DNA from: Torpedo marmorata
Taxonomy: Eukaryota
DNA length: 64,000 nt
Assembly (NCBI GenBank): GCA_977017645.1
Contig: OZ360219.1
Location: 121,396,001-121,460,000 of the forward strand
Direction of reading: 5' to 3'
Position numbers and translations under genes: made by a program. Below are positions 52,017 to 63,810 of this stretch, in pieces (positions within the stretch are counted from its first letter, which is position 1; each line of letters begins with the position of its first letter). The notes beneath the pieces were generated by a model. The model did no database searches, had not been told where the DNA came from, and worked only from the letters and a program-made list of their open reading frames with translations.

Positions 52017-54611
52017 GCGCAGACGTTCCGCCGGAAGTTGTAGTTCTTTAACCGGAAGTTGTAGTTCTTTAACCGGAAGTTGTAGTTTTTTAACTTTTCT
52101 TCGAGCACCAGCGCCATTTTCCCAGCTCCCTGGGAGGACGGCGCTGGTGCTGAAGTTACCTTCACCGTCCTCGTCTGCATCTTCCTCGGGGGGAGAGGAA
52201 CTTGATCCCGAGGCTCCATCGCTAAGGTAGGCCGATCTTCTTCTTGAATTAGACTTTCTCTAAACACCGTTTTCTTTTACTTTTGCTCTTTCGTTTTCCT
52301 AGTAGACATTCCTGAATCGTTCATAAGCATCTTAACTTTTTTTTTTAATAACTATATGTCTCTTTTATTCGGATTTTAATTAATTCTGCTGGGAGAGGTG
52401 TAATTTCACGTCTCCACCCTACGTCATCACGCCACGCCCCCCAATGGTCGGTTACTTAAGAGTGTGGATGAACAGAGGGACCTTGGGGTTCAAATCCATA
52501 CATCCCTCAAGTTCGCCGCACAGGTTGATAGGATAGTTAAGAAGACCTATGGGATGCTGGGCTTCATTAATAGGGAGATTGAGTTCAGGAGGAGAGAGGT
52601 CATGTTGCAACTCTACAAATCTCTGGTAAGAACACACAGAGTATTGTGTTCAGTTCTGGTCACCTCATTATAGGAAGGATGTGGAAGCTATGGAGAGGGT
52701 GCAGAGGAGATTTACCAGTATGTTGCCTGGATTGCAAAACAAGTCTTATGAGGCAAGGTTAGCAGAGCTGGGACTTTTCTCTTTGGAGCGTAGAAGGATG
52801 AGAGGAGACTTGATAGTGGTCTACAAGATTATGAGAGGCATAGATAGGGTGGACAGCCAGCACCTGTTTCCCAGGGCACGAACAGCAAACACCAGAGGAC
52901 ATACTGTATGTACAAAGTTAAGGGAGGGAAGTTTAGGGGAGACATCAGGCATAAGTTTATTACACAGAGAGTTGTGGGTACCTGGAATGCCTTTTCGGGG
53001 ATGGTGGTGGAGGCTGGAACATTGGGGGCATTTAAGAGACTCTTAGACAGACACATGGATGGAAGAAAAATATAGGGTTACGGGGTAGGGAGGGTTTGTA
53101 CTTTTTTTTTAGGAAGGAATATATGGGTCGGCACAACATCGAGGGCTGAAGGGCCTGTACTGTGCTGTATTGTTCTATGTCCTATGTAACAAGAATAATA
53201 GGTACGAACACTGTCAATCTGAAATAAAAATGAGATGCACAATGGAGAATGACAGACCAAGGTAATTAAAGTATGAGACACAGAACATAGAATAGTGCAA
53301 CACAGGAATAGGCCTTCACTCCACGTGTTTCCACCAATTCCTCTTATTATTTGTAACAAAGTGATATCACAGGACAGTTAGTTTCTTGCAGATTAAATTT
53401 CACAAAATGCTGAATACCACCAATGATTTAATTTTAAATAAAAAAGCAAAGAACCCAACTTGAAACTCCATGGAATACCTCATGAGGAGCTGGTAGGACC
53501 ACAGTCAGCGATGGTGTCTCCTTCCATGTTGAAACCGCTCCATGATCTGTGAAGTATTTAATATCCCAATCGAAGAGCCAGTGAAGTGTGCTCCAGTTTC
53601 CTACACCTCCCAGGCAGATTCAGGTTGGTGGGTTGATTGGCGATTGTGAGATAGGTGAGTGGGAACATCTGAGAAGAAAGGAGTTGATGGGATTAGTGGT
53701 GAGATGAGTGTAAATGAGTCCTTCATGATCAATGCAGACTCTGAGCTGTATGATTTTGTAACTCTGAACATTTTCTCACGGCAAAGCCATTGAAAAATAG
53801 AAACAATAAATAAAATGAACTTAATTAACATGGCTTATTCTACAATGCAAATATTCAGTATTTGCAGTGTAAGTATGCAAATGTTTAAACAATATTACGA
53901 AAAAAAATCACATGGACAAGATACATGTATATATATTTGTACAAAACCATTCACCATTATGATTGGAGCAGAGAGTGCTTTAAAACAAATGAGTATGGAG
54001 ATATTCAAAGGGTAATGAGAATATTACTTAAAATAGAAGAAAATCAAAGATTACTGTATGTGCAGAGGACAGAGATTGGCATTATTTTAAGAGTTGAAGA
54101 ACCAGTGCTGTCACATGCAAAAAGCGACCATTGACCTTTGTGCTGAAATTTTCATAATTACTTTAAATATGTTTTCAAGGGATTACTTTGAATGGGAAAT
54201 GATTCAATCAATTAAACTTTGTTTATTTGTCATGTGCCTCTATGGCATCAACTGAATGACATCTGCCATTTTATTATGCCCAAGGAAAACCTTGAATAAG
54301 AAATCAAATACAATTTCCTGTTTCGGCTACAAATGAAAACAATTATCTGAGGGTAGTACTCGTATGCTAAAATTTTTGGACTGAGAAGTGAATTTAAAGA
54401 AATGTGGCAACAGCAGATTGGGATTAAATGTGTAAAGTGAAGTAGGAGGGTGCAGCTGACCAAATAAAATGTTTTAAACTTCATTTTCCACTGGACACAA
54501 TTAGGTTGTGCTCAGTGAAACACAAAAACAGAATTATACTACACATATTCACACAGATTACACGGAAACACAGATTCCTTGATAGAATTTAAAATCCACC
54601 TTTCTAAACCC

Positions 54612-55629
54612 CGTGCCCCGTTCTTAACCCCCTGCCCTACTCACTTTACACCTATGACTGTGTGGCTTGGTACAACAATAACACCATCTACAAATTTGCC
54701 GATGATACCACGGTAGTGGGTTGTATAAAAAAAGGCGATGAGTCAACATACAGGAGGAAGATTGAAAACTTGGGTGAATGGTGCACCAACAACAATCTTG
54801 CACTCAATATCACCAAAACCAAGGAGCTGATTGTTGACTTCAAGAAGGGAAAACCAGAGTTATACGATCCAGTGATCATTGGGGGATCAGAGGTGGAGAG
54901 GGTGAGCAAATTTAAGTTCTTGGGAGTCACTATCTCGGAGGATCTTTCCTGGACCCAACACACCAATGGCATCGTGAAAAAAGCACGTCAGCGCCTCTAC
55001 TTCCTCAGGAGTTTGCGGAGGTTTGGTATGACAACAGAAACCCTGGCAAATTTCTACAGATGTGTGGTGGAAAGTGTGCTGACCGGCTACATCACGGTCT
55101 GGTATGGGGACAGCAATACCCCTGAGCGTAAAGCCCTGCAAAAGGTAGTGGATGAGCCCAAGACATCATGGATAAAACCCTCCCCACCACTGAGAACATC
55201 TGCAGGGAACGCTGCCATCAGAGAGCAGCAGCAATCATCAGGGATCCACACCACCCAGCACACGCTCTGTTCTCGCTGCTACTATCAGGAAAGAGGTATT
55301 GGTGCCACAAGACTCGCACCACCAGGTTCAGGAACAGCTGCTACCCCTCCACCATCAGACTCCTCAACAACAAACTCAAACAGGGACTCATTTAAGGACT
55401 CTTACTTTTGCTCTTTATTGATTTTTTTCTTCTCTCTGTATTGCACAGACAGTTTGTTTACATTTTGTTATCTGCTTACAGTTCTTTATTTATTTACATG
55501 TGTACGTTGTGTACAGTTTTTTTTTTTCACTACCAGTAAGTGGTAATTCTGCCTCGCCCGCAGGTAAAAGAATCTCAGGGTTGTATGTGATGTCACGTAT
55601 GTACTCTGACAATAAATCTGAAATCTGAA
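54612..55629 (+). mobile_element. Rex1-type LINE 3' fragment
   Basis: [33 protein letters not shown]; tail GACAATAAA(TCTGAAA)n. Confidence 0.9.
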
Positions 55630-57463
55630 CATTTTTTTGATTCAAAATTAAATCAGATATTTTAGTTCCAATTTTTCAATGACAATCTGCTGGTGTTAAC
55701 TGTTTTTATTGGCTCTTGGTACATTCTACTGCTTTCTGCATTCTATTTCAGGCACATTGGGCTAATGATGTTTACAATTCCAGCAGTGCACTTGCCCAGA
55801 AGCAACAAGATTTTGATAATATTTTTAGATTTTCCGAGACCTTGCAAAGTTGGTTTTTGTTTCTCATGCTGGTACACAAGAACTTTGAGTCTTCCATGGA
55901 ACTCCTGACATTATGGAGTGTGGAGGAACTTATGGACATTTGGCCAGTGCATCCTCTAGATCTGTTGCTTGATAAAAATGACTATCTTGTGTCCAGAAAT
56001 AATTACAGGATTGGATTTTGTAATGAGTGTTTTTGTAGGTTTCTCTCATCATCTCATCTTTTTTGTAACATATAAGGGACATGGTGATAACCTTAATTAC
56101 TTCTGTCCCTGCTGAGAGTGAGAGAATGTTATTCAATATGCATGCCATTTGTGTTTCTGTTTCCTTCTTACAAAATTTGTACACCCCAAACATAGCATTA
56201 AAAATGTTGTGCATAACATGCTAATTTGAAACCCTGGCCCTCAATAGTTCAATCTTTTCTCCATTTTTACCTGTGCATGTTTTGAAAAATTGGATTGGAA
56301 ACGATGATTGTTTGCAAGGTTAATCAGAAGACTAAATAAGATCAAATATGAAATGTCTTACACAACTAAATATTAGACATGTGAGTAGTTACCCAAGCCA
56401 AACCATCACAATATTTTAGAAGGACAATAGCACAACAATAGAAGAATAGAAATAAGCCTTTACTTGTCATCATCATTGGTGCATTTGGACTCAGGTGCAT
56501 TTAATTTGGATATTTTATTTATTTTATTTTAAGTGTCCACTTTAATGTCATTGTCCATAAATTAATCACAGTGTTCAAGTTATCATAAATACAACAGAAA
56601 TTACTATTTTGGAATTAGTGGAATTCAATCAATGCTGTAAAGTCGATGCACAGTTTGTCGCATGAAGTAAATTGGTTGTGTGGTGTTGGGCACTTTAAGT
56701 TTTCCTCAGGACGTTTGGCGTTCATTTTGGGATTCCTATTTAAGTTTGCCATCTGGTCCCATTCTGAATATTTTTTTTATCTTACCAGCCAGGCGTATTA
56801 GCCCAATGAAGATTAATAATAGGTAGGGTGTAAAATCAACATTCACCTGATTCTATCAGTTTCATAATGGCCTGAAGGTTGAAATAGGCCCCACGACCTT
56901 CTTTATTTAATTATCTTTTTATCTGACTTTAATTATTCCCTCTGTTGATTTTGTCCTTAATTTACTTCAAGAATTTGAAACTATTAACTCAGAATATTGA
57001 AACAAAAGCTTCATAATCTCTTCATGTTTTCATGATTGTTTAACCATCTGAGAATCATTCCTCTCAGCCACAAAACACTCTAAAGTCACTACAACTTTTT
57101 AAAATCTCAAACTATGGAAATGTAATTAAAGTGAACAGACCATTAAAGGCTAAACAAAATGAGGTCTACAAACTCATGGATAATTTTGCAAGGTGACAAT
57201 CAACTAAACAAGTGTGCATCAAATGATTTAATCATCAATTCGTGGCTACCAATGAATAACACTTTTTAAAACCGATGTTATCGCCGGGATAAAAAAAATG
57301 AAATTAGCAAGTTTAACATCTTCAGGAAAACCATACCACAGCTTCAGTGCTCTGATTCCAAGTGTCATGGAATTCTTTAATCATTACTTCACAGACACCC
57401 TTTCTGATATTACAGTTTCTCAATGTCTTTAAACAGTTCATTAGCATTATCTTACATAGGTCA

Positions 57464-60400
57464 TGATATGCCTATCAATTAAGCACTCAAGAGACTATGA
57501 GAGGGTTAACGTACCATAGGCTTTAATATACATAGAACAGAGCTGCAGTGGACCTACAGATCTCCCGGACTGAGGGCGGAGCCCTAACACACAAGCCTTT
57601 ATTCAAGAGAGAAAAGGGGAGGGATTACCTGGAGACCCAAAGGAGGGGAGAGGAGTCGTTGGGACAGACAGCAGTACACACAATACACAAACAGTGGTTT
57701 ACCACATTCACCCCTCCTTTTTAAAAGAGTCCAGCGGGGTGGAGTGGCCACAATACAATCTCGAAGTATTTACAGTCATAATTTACAGGTCAAGGCGATC
57801 CGGTGGTTTGGCTCGCCTCTGCGACCTGCGCAGTACCCTGGGTGCGGGTTGTGGTGCAGGGGGTACCCTGGGTGCGGGTTGTGGTGCAGGGGAAGATGGC
57901 AAGGCCGTCGCCTCCTCCTGTGGTGCTGGGTGAGATGGCAGGATTGTGGGTTCCATCGCAGGTGCCTGGTCTGACGTTGTAGAAGAGGGGCTAGGGAGGG
58001 GCCGCAGCGAGTGGTCTTGCCCATCGAGAGGTTCCTCCGGCGCTCCCGCGGGCGCCAGGTCCCGAATTGAGACCGTGTCCTCTCTCCCATCCGGGAAGAC
58101 CACGTAGGCGTACTGCGGGTTAGCGTGCGCTAACTGCACCCTCTGGACCGCGGGCTCATATTTGCTGCTCCGGAGGTGGTTGCGGAGCAGCACCGGCCCC
58201 GGAGACGTCAGCCAGGCAGGCAGGGCGGTCCCGGTGTTCGACCTCCTGGAGAAGGAGAAAAATCTCTCATGAGGCGTTACATTTGTGGCTGTGCACAGTA
58301 AGGACCGTATCGAATGGAGGGCTTCGGGGAGAACATCTTGCCAGCGGGAAACCGGCAGTCCCCTGGACTTGAGAGCCAGGAGCGCCGCCTTCCAGACAGT
58401 GGCGTTCTCCCTTTCCACCTGTCCATTACCTCGGGGGTTGTATGCGGTGGTCCTACTAGTGGCGATGCCCCGGGTCAGCAGGAACTGGCGCAGCTCCTCA
58501 CTCATAAAAGCGGATCCCCGGTCGCTATGAATGTAGTTCGGGAAGCCGAACAGCGTAAATACCTGGCGAAGGGCTTTTATGGTTGAGGCAGCCGAAGTGT
58601 CGGGGCAGGGAATGGCGAAGGGGAACCGCGAGTACTCGTCAATAATGTTCAGAAAATACACATTGCGGTTCGTGGAGGGAAGGGGACCCTTGAAGTCAAT
58701 GCTGAGACGTTCAAAGGGGCGAGTGGCTTTGATCAGCTGTGCCTTGTCGGGGCGGTAAAACTGAGGTTTGCACTCCGCGCAAACCCGGCAACTGCTGATC
58801 ATTGTCCTGACCTCTTCCAGGGAGTATGGCAGGTTCTGTGACTTCACGAAGTGAAAGAGCCTGGTAATTCCTGGGTGGCATAGGTCGTTATGTAGGGCGT
58901 GTAATCGGTCGACCTGCGCGCTGGCGCATGATCCCCGGGATAGAGCATCGGAGGGCTCATTGAGCTTCCCGGGCCGGTACATGATGTCGTAGTTGTAGGT
59001 GGAGAGCTCTATTCTCCACCTCATGATCTTGTCATTTTTGATCTTACCCCGCTGCTGATTGTTGAACATGAATGCCACAGAGCGTTGATCTGTCAGCAGG
59101 GTAAAACGCTTACCGGCAAGATAGTGCCTCCAGTGCCTGATGGCCTCCACTATGGCCTGGGCTTCCTTCTCCACCGCTGAGTGCCGAATTTCGGGGCCCT
59201 GTAGGGTTCGGGAGAAAAATGCCACCGGCCTTCCCGCCTGGTTGAGGGTAGCAGCCAGCGCGAAGTCCGATGCGTCACTCTCCACCTGGAAGGGTGTCTC
59301 CTCATCCACTGCGTGCATTGTTGCTCGCGCAATGTCCCCTTTTATAAGGTCGAATGCCTTACGTGCCTCCGAAGCAAGGGGAAATGCAGTGGATTTCACA
59401 AGGGGTCGGGCCTTATCCGCATAATTTGGGACCCATTGGGCATAATAAGAAAAGAACCCGAGGCATCGTTTAAGGGCTCTGGGATTGGCGGGGAGCGGAA
59501 GTTCCAGCAGGGGTCGCATGCGTTCGGGGTCTGGTCCAATTACCCCGTTCTCGACCACATACCCCAAAATAGCGAGGCGAGTGGTACCAAACACGCATTT
59601 TTCTTTGTTATACGTGAGGTTTAGAGCTTTTGCCGCCTGCAGGAACTTCCGGAGGTTGTTGTCATGGTCCTGACGATCATAACCACAGATGGTAATGTCG
59701 TCAAGGTATGGGAAAGTGGCTTTGAGTTTGTAATGGTCCACAATCCTGTCCATCTCCCGCTGAAAAACAGAAACACCATTAGTAACACCAAAAGGAAGGC
59801 GCAAGAATTGGAACAGCCTGCCATCTGCCTCGAACGCGGTGTATGGGCGGTCCTCCCGACGGATAGGGAGCTGATGGTATGCCGATTTCAAGTCGATGGT
59901 GGAAAAGAGGCGGTATTGGGCAATTTGGTTCACCATCTCCGCTATCCGTGGTAGCGGGTATGCATCTAGAAGCGTAAACCTGTTAATGGTTTGGCTGTAG
60001 TCCACCACCATTCTGCTCTTGGCCCCTTTTACAATGACCACCTGGGCTCTCCAGGGACTATTACTCATCTCTATAATCCCTTCCTGTTGCAATCTTTGTA
60101 CCTCCGTCTTGATGAATGCTCTGTCCTCGGTACTGTAACGCCTGCTTTTAGTTGCCACAGGCCTACAGTCCGGGGTCAGGTTCGCAAACAACGACGGAGG
60201 CGAGATCTTAAGGGTAGAAAGACCACAGGTGGTTTCGGGCGCGCTGTCCAGAAACTGGTGGTTGGCTACAGTGATCGCGGGGAGAGGACCGTCATACCGC
60301 ATTGTAACGCTCTGCAAATGGCTCTGAAAATCCAAACCCAGTAATACCGGCGCACACAAGCGGTTCATCACAAACAAGGAAAATTGTCTGTACTCTGCCC

Positions 60401-61995
60401 CTTGTACCACAATGTTCGCCACACACGCCCCCCGGATGTCGGTTGTGTGGGACCCGGACGCCATGGCCACCCTCTGGCTTACCGGTACGGTCGTTAGGCC
60501 ACAGCGTTGAACAGTATCCGGGTGGATAAAGCTCTCAGTGCTTCCAGTGTCAAATAAACAATTTATCTTGTGTCCCTCGACCAGTATGTCCATCATGGAT
60601 CTTGTCAGCTGGTGGGGAACGTTCTGGTCGAGGGTGATGGAAGCCAAAGTAGGGGTGAAGTCGTCTTGATCCGAGGTCTTTAAAAATGGCCGCTCCCGTG
60701 GGTTGCACGTGTCGCTGGAGGTCTCTGCACAAAATGGCGGCGCCGGAAGTGCCGGAAGTAACGATGTATGGCTCTGAGATGGCGGCGCCGGAAGTGCCAG
60801 CATGAAAGATGGCCGCTTCCACTCCTCACACGCGGTCGGCGCCGGAAGTGCCAGTCTGCAAGATGGCCGCTCCCATCTCTCGCACGCGGCACTACTCGGG
60901 CCCGCGCGCGGCTTGGAGCGGCAGGCCTTCGCGTAGTGGCCTTTCTTGCCGCAGTTGGAACAAGTCGCGTCGCGGGCCGGGCAGCGCTTCCTCGTATGCT
61001 TGTCGAGCCCGCAGAAGTAGCACTTCTCGGGCTCGCGATTAACAGCTGCGGCGGTGAGAGTAGCGTTGATAGCGGTCGGGTCGCGGGTAGCGGCGGCAGC
61101 AGTCGGGTCGCGGGCCACAGCGGCCACAGTTGGATCGGTGGGGCTGGGGAACGGGGCGATCCACGCATTAGGCTGGGGGTCCCGCGTCTGCATCGCGTCG
61201 GAGTTCTGCAGCGCGGACTCCAGCGTGCAAGCCATCGCCACCGCAGAACGGAGATCGAGATCAGAGTGCTCCAGCAGCCGCTGGCGTACGTATGTTGACC
61301 TCATCCCCATAATAAAGGTGTCCCTCTCCAGCAGATCAATATGTTGCTCTTCCGTCAGCGCTTTACAGGCGCACGCTCGCACTAGGTACTGGATGTCTCT
61401 GACAACGTCCACCATTGACTCCCCGGCCCGCTGTTTCCGCAACGATAGTCTGTACCTTGCATAGACCTCATTAACAGGGGTCACATAGATCTTTCTCAGC
61501 ACCTCCATCGCCTCGTTGTACGTTCCGCATTTCCAGATGGTCGAATACAATCGAGGGCTTACCCTAGATACTAGGACCTCTAGCTTCTGCTCGTCGCTTT
61601 CGGCCTTGACCTCCTTTGAGAACGATCGGAGGCAGCGTAGCCAGTGTTCGAATGCATGACCAGCGTCAGGAGCCAAAGGGTCGATGTCTAGTCGGTCCGG
61701 TCGGAGGGCGCCTTCCATAATTTTTTTTTTTTTTGTTGTATGTATATTAAATTGATATGCCTATCAATTAAGCACTCAAGAGACTATGAGAGGGTTAACG
61801 TACCATAGGCTTTAATATACATAGAACAGAGCTGCAGTGGACCTACAGATCTCCCGGACTGAGGGCGGAGCCCTAACACACAAGCCTTTATTCAAGAGAG
61901 AAAAGGGGAGGGATTACCTGGAGACCCAAAGGAGGGGAGAGGAGTCGTTGGGACAGACAGCAGTACACACAATACACAAACAGTGGTTTACCACA
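57464..61995 (-). mobile_element. Intact Ty3/Gypsy LTR retrotransposon, 4532 bp
   Basis: 243-bp LTRs 61753-61995 (5') and 57464-57706 (3') with no difference found by eye; 5-bp TSD GGTCA (57459-57463 / 61996-62000); PPT AAAAAAGGAGGGGTGAA. Confidence 0.97.
57783..61718 (-). CDS. Gag-Pol polyprotein, 1311 aa (2 zinc knuckles, protease, RT, RNase H, integrase)
   Basis: Uninterrupted ORF; CYFCGLDKH..C and CSNCGKKGHYAKAC; LFDTGS; YLDD; ESDAS..EKEA..TDQ; HHCC plus IDFKGP, HSDRG, GQVER. Confidence 0.97.
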   Translation of the reverse strand: MEGALRPDRLDIDPLAPDAGHAFEHWLRCLRSFSKEVKAESDEQKLEVLVSRVSPRLYSTIWKCGTYNEAMEVLRKIYVTPVNEVYARYRLSLRKQRAGESMVDVVRDIQYLVRACACKALTEEQHIDLLERDTFIMGMRSTYVRQRLLEHSDLDLRSAVAMACTLESALQNSDAMQTRDPQPNAWIAPFPSPTDPTVAAVARDPTAAAATRDPTAINATLTAAAVNREPEKCYFCGLDKHTRKRCPARDATCSNCGKKGHYAKACRSKPRAGPSSAACERWERPSCRLALPAPTACEEWKRPSFMLALPAPPSQSHTSLLPALPAPPFCAETSSDTCNPRERPFLKTSDQDDFTPTLASITLDQNVPHQLTRSMMDILVEGHKINCLFDTGSTESFIHPDTVQRCGLTTVPVSQRVAMASGSHTTDIRGACVANIVVQGAEYRQFSLFVMNRLCAPVLLGLDFQSHLQSVTMRYDGPLPAITVANHQFLDSAPETTCGLSTLKISPPSLFANLTPDCRPVATKSRRYSTEDRAFIKTEVQRLQQEGIIEMSNSPWRAQVVIVKGAKSRMVVDYSQTINRFTLLDAYPLPRIAEMVNQIAQYRLFSTIDLKSAYHQLPIRREDRPYTAFEADGRLFQFLRLPFGVTNGVSVFQREMDRIVDHYKLKATFPYLDDITICGYDRQDHDNNLRKFLQAAKALNLTYNKEKCVFGTTRLAILGYVVENGVIGPDPERMRPLLELPLPANPRALKRCLGFFSYYAQWVPNYADKARPLVKSTAFPLASEARKAFDLIKGDIARATMHAVDEETPFQVESDASDFALAATLNQAGRPVAFFSRTLQGPEIRHSAVEKEAQAIVEAIRHWRHYLAGKRFTLLTDQRSVAFMFNNQQRGKIKNDKIMRWRIELSTYNYDIMYRPGKLNEPSDALSRGSCASAQVDRLHALHNDLCHPGITRLFHFVKSQNLPYSLEEVRTMISSCRVCAECKPQFYRPDKAQLIKATRPFERLSIDFKGPLPSTNRNVYFLNIIDEYSRFPFAIPCPDTSAASTIKALRQVFTLFGFPNYIHSDRGSAFMSEELRQFLLTRGIATSRTTAYNPRGNGQVERENATVWKAALLALKSRGLPVSRWQDVLPEALHSIRSLLCTATNVTPHERFFSFSRRSNTGTALPAWLTSPGPVLLRNHLRSSKYEPAVQRVQLAHANPQYAYVVFPDGREDTVSIRDLAPAGAPEEPLDGQDHSLRPLPSPSSTTSDQAPAMEPTILPSHPAPQEEATALPSSPAPQPAPRVPPAPQPAPRVLRRSQRRAKPPDRLDL

Positions 61996-62049
61996 GGTCA
62001 TGTTACAACACTTGATATTTTTCTGACAAACAGGGAATCACAGTGGAAT

Positions 62050-63130
62050 GACTCAAATATTGAACAGTTTCTTTGACTAAATATCAGGGAAACTAACAAC
62101 CTGGGCATAACAGATTAAAAAAATACAAAGACATTGAAGAGTAACAAATAGTTGGGTGAAATAAACATAAACTTATAGAGGATATAAGGTGAGGGCAGCA
62201 AGATTGCAACAATGCATATTGAAAGAATTTGAGGATGTGAGATCAGAGGAACCATTATACCCACATAACAGGTCATTAGAAAAGGTACTAAAATGAACAA
62301 TTAAAATATTACAATCTGTATTTAAAAAGGGAGATGGATCAAGTAACAGAAGCAATGGACCAGTTGTGTTAATATCAGTGGGAGGAAAGCTAATGGAATC
62401 ACAGATGCATTAGGAAAACATCATAAGATCAAAAATAATAAAGTTAAAATTGATTCTAAAATAGAGGTTGTGCTAAGTAAGCCTTACAGAGTCAATTGAA
62501 ATGGCAGAATGTGTCATGTATAAGATATATATTTGGATTTTCAAAAGGTTAGATGGTAGACTCATGATAAGTGTAAAATTACAGTGGTGATTATTTCGCA
62601 AAATTGCCTCAGTGGTTGTAAAGTATTTTGTGAATTCTTGACTGCATTAATAGTGTTACATAATGATTAATATTTCCTTCCTTCATTAGTCAAAGAACAT
62701 GATTTCAGAGGATTAGTAGCAAATAGGATATAAAAAAGAAAACAAAAGTTGAGGTTGAAGGCAGCTATTTAGACCAGCACAGGGTGATAAATGATGCTCC
62801 ATGGGGCATTTTGTGGAGGATATTACTATTTTAATGCACAATTTGGAGTGATGAATTTCAAGGTTTGTGGAATGTTTAGTATAACACTGCAGTAATAAGT
62901 TAACAGAGTGAGAATGCAAGTGGCAGTCATTTTAATATAGTTCAGTCCGAGGTGATGAATTTTGATAGAAAGAGCAGCAGAGCAAATAGATCTAGAGGTG
63001 TAGGTACATAAATCGCTGAAATTGGTTGTGCATAAAAATATTTTAAAAACATGGACGAGAGTTAATTTCTTGAAGAACAATCCTAAAAAACAGAGAAGTT
63101 ATGTTAAAATTGCTACATCTTTTTTGCTGT
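62050..63130 (+). mobile_element. Old, degenerate CR1 fragment
   Basis: Decayed RT motifs (CTGTATTTAAAAAGGG, ACCAGTTGTGTTAATATCAG, GGATTTTCAAAAGG); no long ORF. Confidence 0.5.
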
Positions 63131-63319
63131 GTGCATTTTTGGTCTTAGTAAATTTTTAAAAATGACGTCATAAATCAGAGAAGCCACTAAATGACTCATT
63201 GGAATTAAAACAGAACTGGGAAGACAATGGTTGAACAGCCTGGAACTCTTCTTTGGAAATAGAAGGCTGAGGGGTGAGGCTGAGTTAAATAAGATAATGA
63301 AATGTTTTCGTAGATCGTC

Positions 63320-63810
63320 AATGTCAAGCTCAATGTCAGCAAAATGAAGGAGCTGGTTATCGACTCCATAGACATAAATATCATCAGCAATTTGACCTGG
63401 TCCAACCACATTGATGCGACAGCCAAGAAAGCATACCAGCTCCTCTATTTCTTCAGTGTCCACAGTGTCTCCCACCAATTTTTATGGATGCACAATGGAA
63501 AGTATGCTGTCTGGGTGTATCCTAGCTTGGTACAGGAACTACTCTGCACAAGTCCGCAAGAAACTGCAGGAGTTGTGAACACAGCTCAGGCCATCACACA
63601 AAGCAACCTTCCCTCCATTGACTCCCTCTGCTTTGGGAAAACAACCAACATATTAAATAACCTATCTCACCCCAGTCACACTCTCTTCTCCCCTGCCCCA
63701 CTTCCCCCTTTTGTAGTGCAGAAAGTACATGAGTTTGAAAACACTCACCAGCAGATTCAAGGACAGTTTCTTTCTTGCTGTTATCAGACTCTTGATTGGA
63801 CCTCTCATGA
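63320..63810 (+). mobile_element. Degenerate Rex1-type LINE 3' fragment
   Basis: MKELVID, LTWSNHIDATAKKAYQLLYF, SHPSHTLF. Confidence 0.75.

Larger units (their letters stand above)
40770..52442 (-). mobile_element. Full-length L1 LINE (about 5.9 kb net), interrupted by BEL element 2
   Basis: 15-bp TSD AATGGTCGGTTACTT (40755-40769 / 52443-52457) at a TT|AAGT site; 5' end GGGGGGCGTGGC; ORF1 50820-52016; ORF2 EN 48939-50532; RT and C-terminus 41026-43211 (TRQGCPLSP, FADD). Confidence 0.96.
40345..53186 (+). mobile_element. CR1 3' fragment (40345-40769 and 52443-53186) split by the full-length L1
   Basis: SGVPQGFVLGP and KFADDTK on the left; RDLGVQIH, ERVQRRFT, RRMRGDLI on the right; TTCTATG tail at about 53172-53186. 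Confidence 0.9.

Noticed and set aside
55666-55760. Hydrophobic stretch LLVLTVFIGSWYILLLSAFYF as the TM exon of the Ig receptor
   Set aside because: The nearest acceptor (55664-55665) gives phase 0 whereas the V exon ends in phase 1; there is an in-frame stop just upstream and no clear donor.
56786-56846. Minus-strand signal-peptide-like segment VNVDFTPYLLLIFIGLIRLA followed by GTAAG
   Set aside because: There is no in-frame ATG, the acceptor is weak, and the next plausible exon (about 56270) hits a stop within 17 codons.
58285-61464. Multiple + strand ORFs opposite the Gypsy gag-pol
   Set aside because: These are expected shadow ORFs of a GC-rich coding sequence; none has a recognisable domain or env features.
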